Source: an uncultured bacterium
GTDB lineage: Bacteria > Patescibacteriota > Minisyncoccia > Phycocordibacterales > GWA1-40-21
Reading direction: 5' to 3'
Assembly: GCA_963716205.1 (NCBI GenBank)
Contig: OY970290.1
Location: forward strand, 303,417 to 367,416
DNA length: 64,000 nucleotides
Made by a program: the position numbers and the translations under genes. Shown in pieces: positions 61,497 through 64,000 of the stretch (positions are counted from its first letter, which is position 1; the number at the start of each line of letters is the position of its first letter). The notes under the pieces were generated by a model. That model searched no databases. It was not told the DNA's origin and saw nothing but the letters and a program-made list of their open reading frames with translations.

Positions 61497-61874
61497 TTAT
61501 TCTTTATAGAAACCTTTTACAAATGCTTTGATTTTTGCTCCACTCCTTTTCAATAAGCTCGTTTGTTTCTTGGCAAATCGTTTCAGTTCAGTAGCCATTT
61601 CATCGACAACAATATCGATTGCCGCATACAAATCGCTTTCCTCGACTTCCGCACGCAAAGATTTTCCCCCGATATGGATTGTTAATTCCGCAACGAAAAA
61701 ATCGCCATTTTTGTGATGCTGCGTGCTTTTTCCCACCTCCACATAGCACATAACTTCATCCATATGTTCCGGGCTGATGAATTTATCAAGATGTGCAAGC
61801 TTTTTTTCCAGATAGTCCTTGATCGCCGGTGTGAGAGAAATTTCCTTTGTTTTTATATTATGTTTCATGATCAA
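61497..61874 (-). CDS. hpf: Ribosome hibernation factor HPF/RaiA
   Basis: LTPAIKDYLEKKL; DLYAAID. Confidence 0.9.
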   Translation of the reverse strand: MIMKHNIKTKEISLTPAIKDYLEKKLAHLDKFISPEHMDEVMCYVEVGKSTQHHKNGDFFVAELTIHIGGKSLRAEVEESDLYAAIDIVVDEMATELKRFAKKQTSLLKRSGAKIKAFVKGFYKE

Positions 61875-61877
61875 TGA

Positions 61878-62096
61878 TTATTTTTCTAAGCTGATAATTT
61901 TACTTTGCGAATGATGCCCATTTACTATCCTCACCTTATTATACACGTTAAAATATTTTCGCACCAGTTCAAGAACTTTTTTATTTGCCATGTTTCTTTC
62001 CGCCGGCTCTTTGACGGATATGACAAACGAATCGGCTGATTTTTTGACAATTTTTTCTTTCGTGCTTTCCGTGATGACTTTTACTTTGATGAGCAT
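61878..62096 (-). CDS. DUF167 (YggU-like) protein
   Basis: IKVKV; VKEPAERNMAN; G..S..K. Confidence 0.8.
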   Translation of the reverse strand: MLIKVKVITESTKEKIVKKSADSFVISVKEPAERNMANKKVLELVRKYFNVYNKVRIVNGHHSQSKIISLEK

Positions 62097-62169
62097 GAAG
62101 ATATGGTATCATAAAATGAATAGTAAAGACTTCACTTTTTATATCCGATCTGCTATTATGGCGACGTAT

Positions 62170-62241
62170 TCCGGGATAGCTCAGCGGTAGAGCGATCGCC
62201 TGTTAAGCGATTGGTCGTAGGTTCGATCCCTACTCCCGGAG
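62170..62241 (+). tRNA. tRNA-Asn (GTT)
   Basis: TCCGGGA/TCCCGGA acceptor; TAGCTCAGCGGTAGAGC D arm; ATCGC-CTGTTAA-GCGAT; GTAGG-TTCGATC-CCTAC. Confidence 0.95.
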
Positions 62242-63936
62242 CAAGGTTGAACAGACACTAGCAAAGACCTCGTTTCGTCCTGATGTATCAATGATGTTTT
62301 CAGGTTCGAACTGAGGGTTTTTTGCTTTTGCTTCAAGTAGCCCATTTATAATCACTGAATACAAATCTACATTGGAAACACCAAGCTTTTTCTCCTTTAA
62401 AGTTAGGTTCGAACCAATCTCTGAAAGAGTCCCTCTTTTCGCTTCAATAGTCCCGTTTTCAAACACTTTCGATATACCAACAGCTAAATTAAATGCTCTT
62501 TGGGCCTTTTTTATTCTATACGGATCAGTGTGTCCTAGCCTTTGCAATTCTTCACGTAGATCATCAATTTCTTTCATTGTAGTTTTTTTTAACTCAAGAA
62601 ACTCATCATCTTCAAGAAGATGGCGAGCTTTCATACGAGCTAATTCTTTTTGCTCACTTTCTTTTTGAGCAAGGGTCTTTTCAAGCGACAATTTTTTCTT
62701 AGAATTATCTTGATGATCTGATGTGCCGAGTCGGTCTAAATTTTCAATACACCATTTACTGAGCGATTCTGAAATTTCAAGATTCTTTTTATAGTAAGAT
62801 GACAGGTAGCCGTCAATATAGACCTCTTGCACGCTACCTTCTCGGCAATTCTGATCTTTTTTTCTAGTGCAGTGATAGTAAATATAATGGAGATAGAGAG
62901 GATTATCCATTTTTTCTATCACCATCTTACATTTTGGACACGCCGATCTATTCAAATATGAGAATTTAAATTTACATTCAGAGCATATAAGCTGATATTT
63001 ATGTTCTGCGGTTACTGAACCACTACAACCACCACACCTCGTTGGCCCAGTGTAGGCAAATCCAAGAATGTTCTTAGATGCTCTCGGTCTACCACGGTTT
63101 CCAAGGATTTTTTGAATTTCCCAGTATTGATCCTCGCTAATCATTCGGGGAACATCTGCATTTAATTCATGTCGAATACCATCCTTAGTGAAAAAGAATC
63201 CTGCATAGACCGGATTTTTCAAAATGGTATCAAAGATGTATGAAGCAACTAATTTTTTACCTCCCTGTTTTTTATGTAATTTGGTTCGTAATCCTAATTT
63301 ATCATTAGCGAATGCCATAAGTTTTCGGACTGAATAAGTGCCGGTCAAAAATACTTCAAGAAGTTGACACATTAGATTGAATCGGTCTTCATCAATTAAC
63401 CATCCACGTGCACCAGGTTCTGCGGATAGATCATTCTTAAAACCGATCGGAGCCACACCATTTGGATATCCCCGGTCAACTCTTTCTCGAATACCACGCT
63501 TCGTATCGGTGCTGAGATCTTTTATATATTGATTTGCCATACCGAGTTCAACAGCCATAACAATGACATTATCATCAGGATAAAAGCTGTTGCCGTATGT
63601 TTGAATATGTTTGATAATTCTCTGTTGAAGCATCCAACTGATAGTGCCTCCATCAATTGGGTTGCGAGCAAGTCGGTTCAGTTTCCAAACCAACAAACCG
63701 TCCGCTTCGCCCCGATTGATTCTTTCAATCATATTCGTAAACACTGGTCTGCCCGGAGCTTTTGCAGATTGAGATTCTTCAAGAATCTGAACAATTTCAA
63801 GTCCATGCTCTTTTGCAAATTCAAGCAGCTCTCTTTTTTGAGCATCAATTGATTGCACCTGACGATCTTCAGTATCACTTGATCGGCGACAATACATAAA
63901 ATATCTTATTTTTCTGTGTTCTATCTGTTTTTTCAT
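62230..63936 (-). CDS. Large serine recombinase (integrase) marking an element inserted at tRNA-Asn
   Basis: YCRRSS catalytic Ser; Q.SI.AQ; SAK..GRP.F; RLARN; recombinase domain; zinc ribbon; coiled coil; stop lies in the tRNA. Confidence 0.92.
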   Translation of the reverse strand: MKKQIEHRKIRYFMYCRRSSDTEDRQVQSIDAQKRELLEFAKEHGLEIVQILEESQSAKAPGRPVFTNMIERINRGEADGLLVWKLNRLARNPIDGGTISWMLQQRIIKHIQTYGNSFYPDDNVIVMAVELGMANQYIKDLSTDTKRGIRERVDRGYPNGVAPIGFKNDLSAEPGARGWLIDEDRFNLMCQLLEVFLTGTYSVRKLMAFANDKLGLRTKLHKKQGGKKLVASYIFDTILKNPVYAGFFFTKDGIRHELNADVPRMISEDQYWEIQKILGNRGRPRASKNILGFAYTGPTRCGGCSGSVTAEHKYQLICSECKFKFSYLNRSACPKCKMVIEKMDNPLYLHYIYYHCTRKKDQNCREGSVQEVYIDGYLSSYYKKNLEISESLSKWCIENLDRLGTSDHQDNSKKKLSLEKTLAQKESEQKELARMKARHLLEDDEFLELKKTTMKEIDDLREELQRLGHTDPYRIKKAQRAFNLAVGISKVFENGTIEAKRGTLSEIGSNLTLKEKKLGVSNVDLYSVIINGLLEAKAKNPQFEPENIIDTSGRNEVFASVCSTLLRE

Positions 63937-64000
63937 TTTCCTATTTTATATATATTCTTAGCCATATATTTGACATACCCATTATACCATTCTTGACATA

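Noticed and set aside
1-64000. Numerous short antisense or overlapping ORFs in the six-frame track (e.g. 57018-57842, 41393-42073, 25077-25691)
   Set aside because: Shadows of well-supported genes, with no recognisable motifs
1-64000. Alternative genetic code (TGA=Gly)
   Set aside because: Conserved genes translate full length under code 11 with no internal TGA

Overview
Chromosomal segment of a small-genome, AT-rich bacterium. Gene content and style (shortened GltX/AspS, few Shine-Dalgarno motifs, Ser/Thr-rich secreted proteins) suggest Patescibacteria/CPR (Parcubacteria-like); this is inference. Bases 1-42.2 kb and 56.4-62.2 kb are mostly housekeeping: rpoC-dnaG-rpoD, rplU, recR, dnaB, cysS, ctpA, rplI, rpmA, gltX, murG-ftsW-mraY, scpAB, aspS, trpS, a MacAB-like exporter with an ECF sigma/anti-sigma pair, cell-wall enzymes, uppP, dnaX, dus, def, fmt and hpf. 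Two tRNAs are present (Gln-TTG, Asn-GTT). A large serine recombinase overlaps the tRNA-Asn 3' end. A ~14 kb accessory region (42.3-56.3 kb) lies downstream of tRNA-Gln and holds the most striking feature. Three paralogous proteins are built almost entirely from ~70-74-aa MerR/winged-HTH-like tandem repeats (11.5, 8.5 and 6.5 copies) with variable putative DNA-contact positions. They are followed by an SNF2-type helicase fused to a class I methyltransferase. Each array ends in the first half of a repeat, and the helicase begins with what looks like the missing second half. This suggests interchangeable modular DNA-recognition subunits docking on one enzyme (a hypothesis). The region also carries dinB, a 5'-truncated DNA methylase, an HTH protein and a chimeric LlaMI-like endonuclease. 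All calls come from motif recognition by eye; no searches were run.
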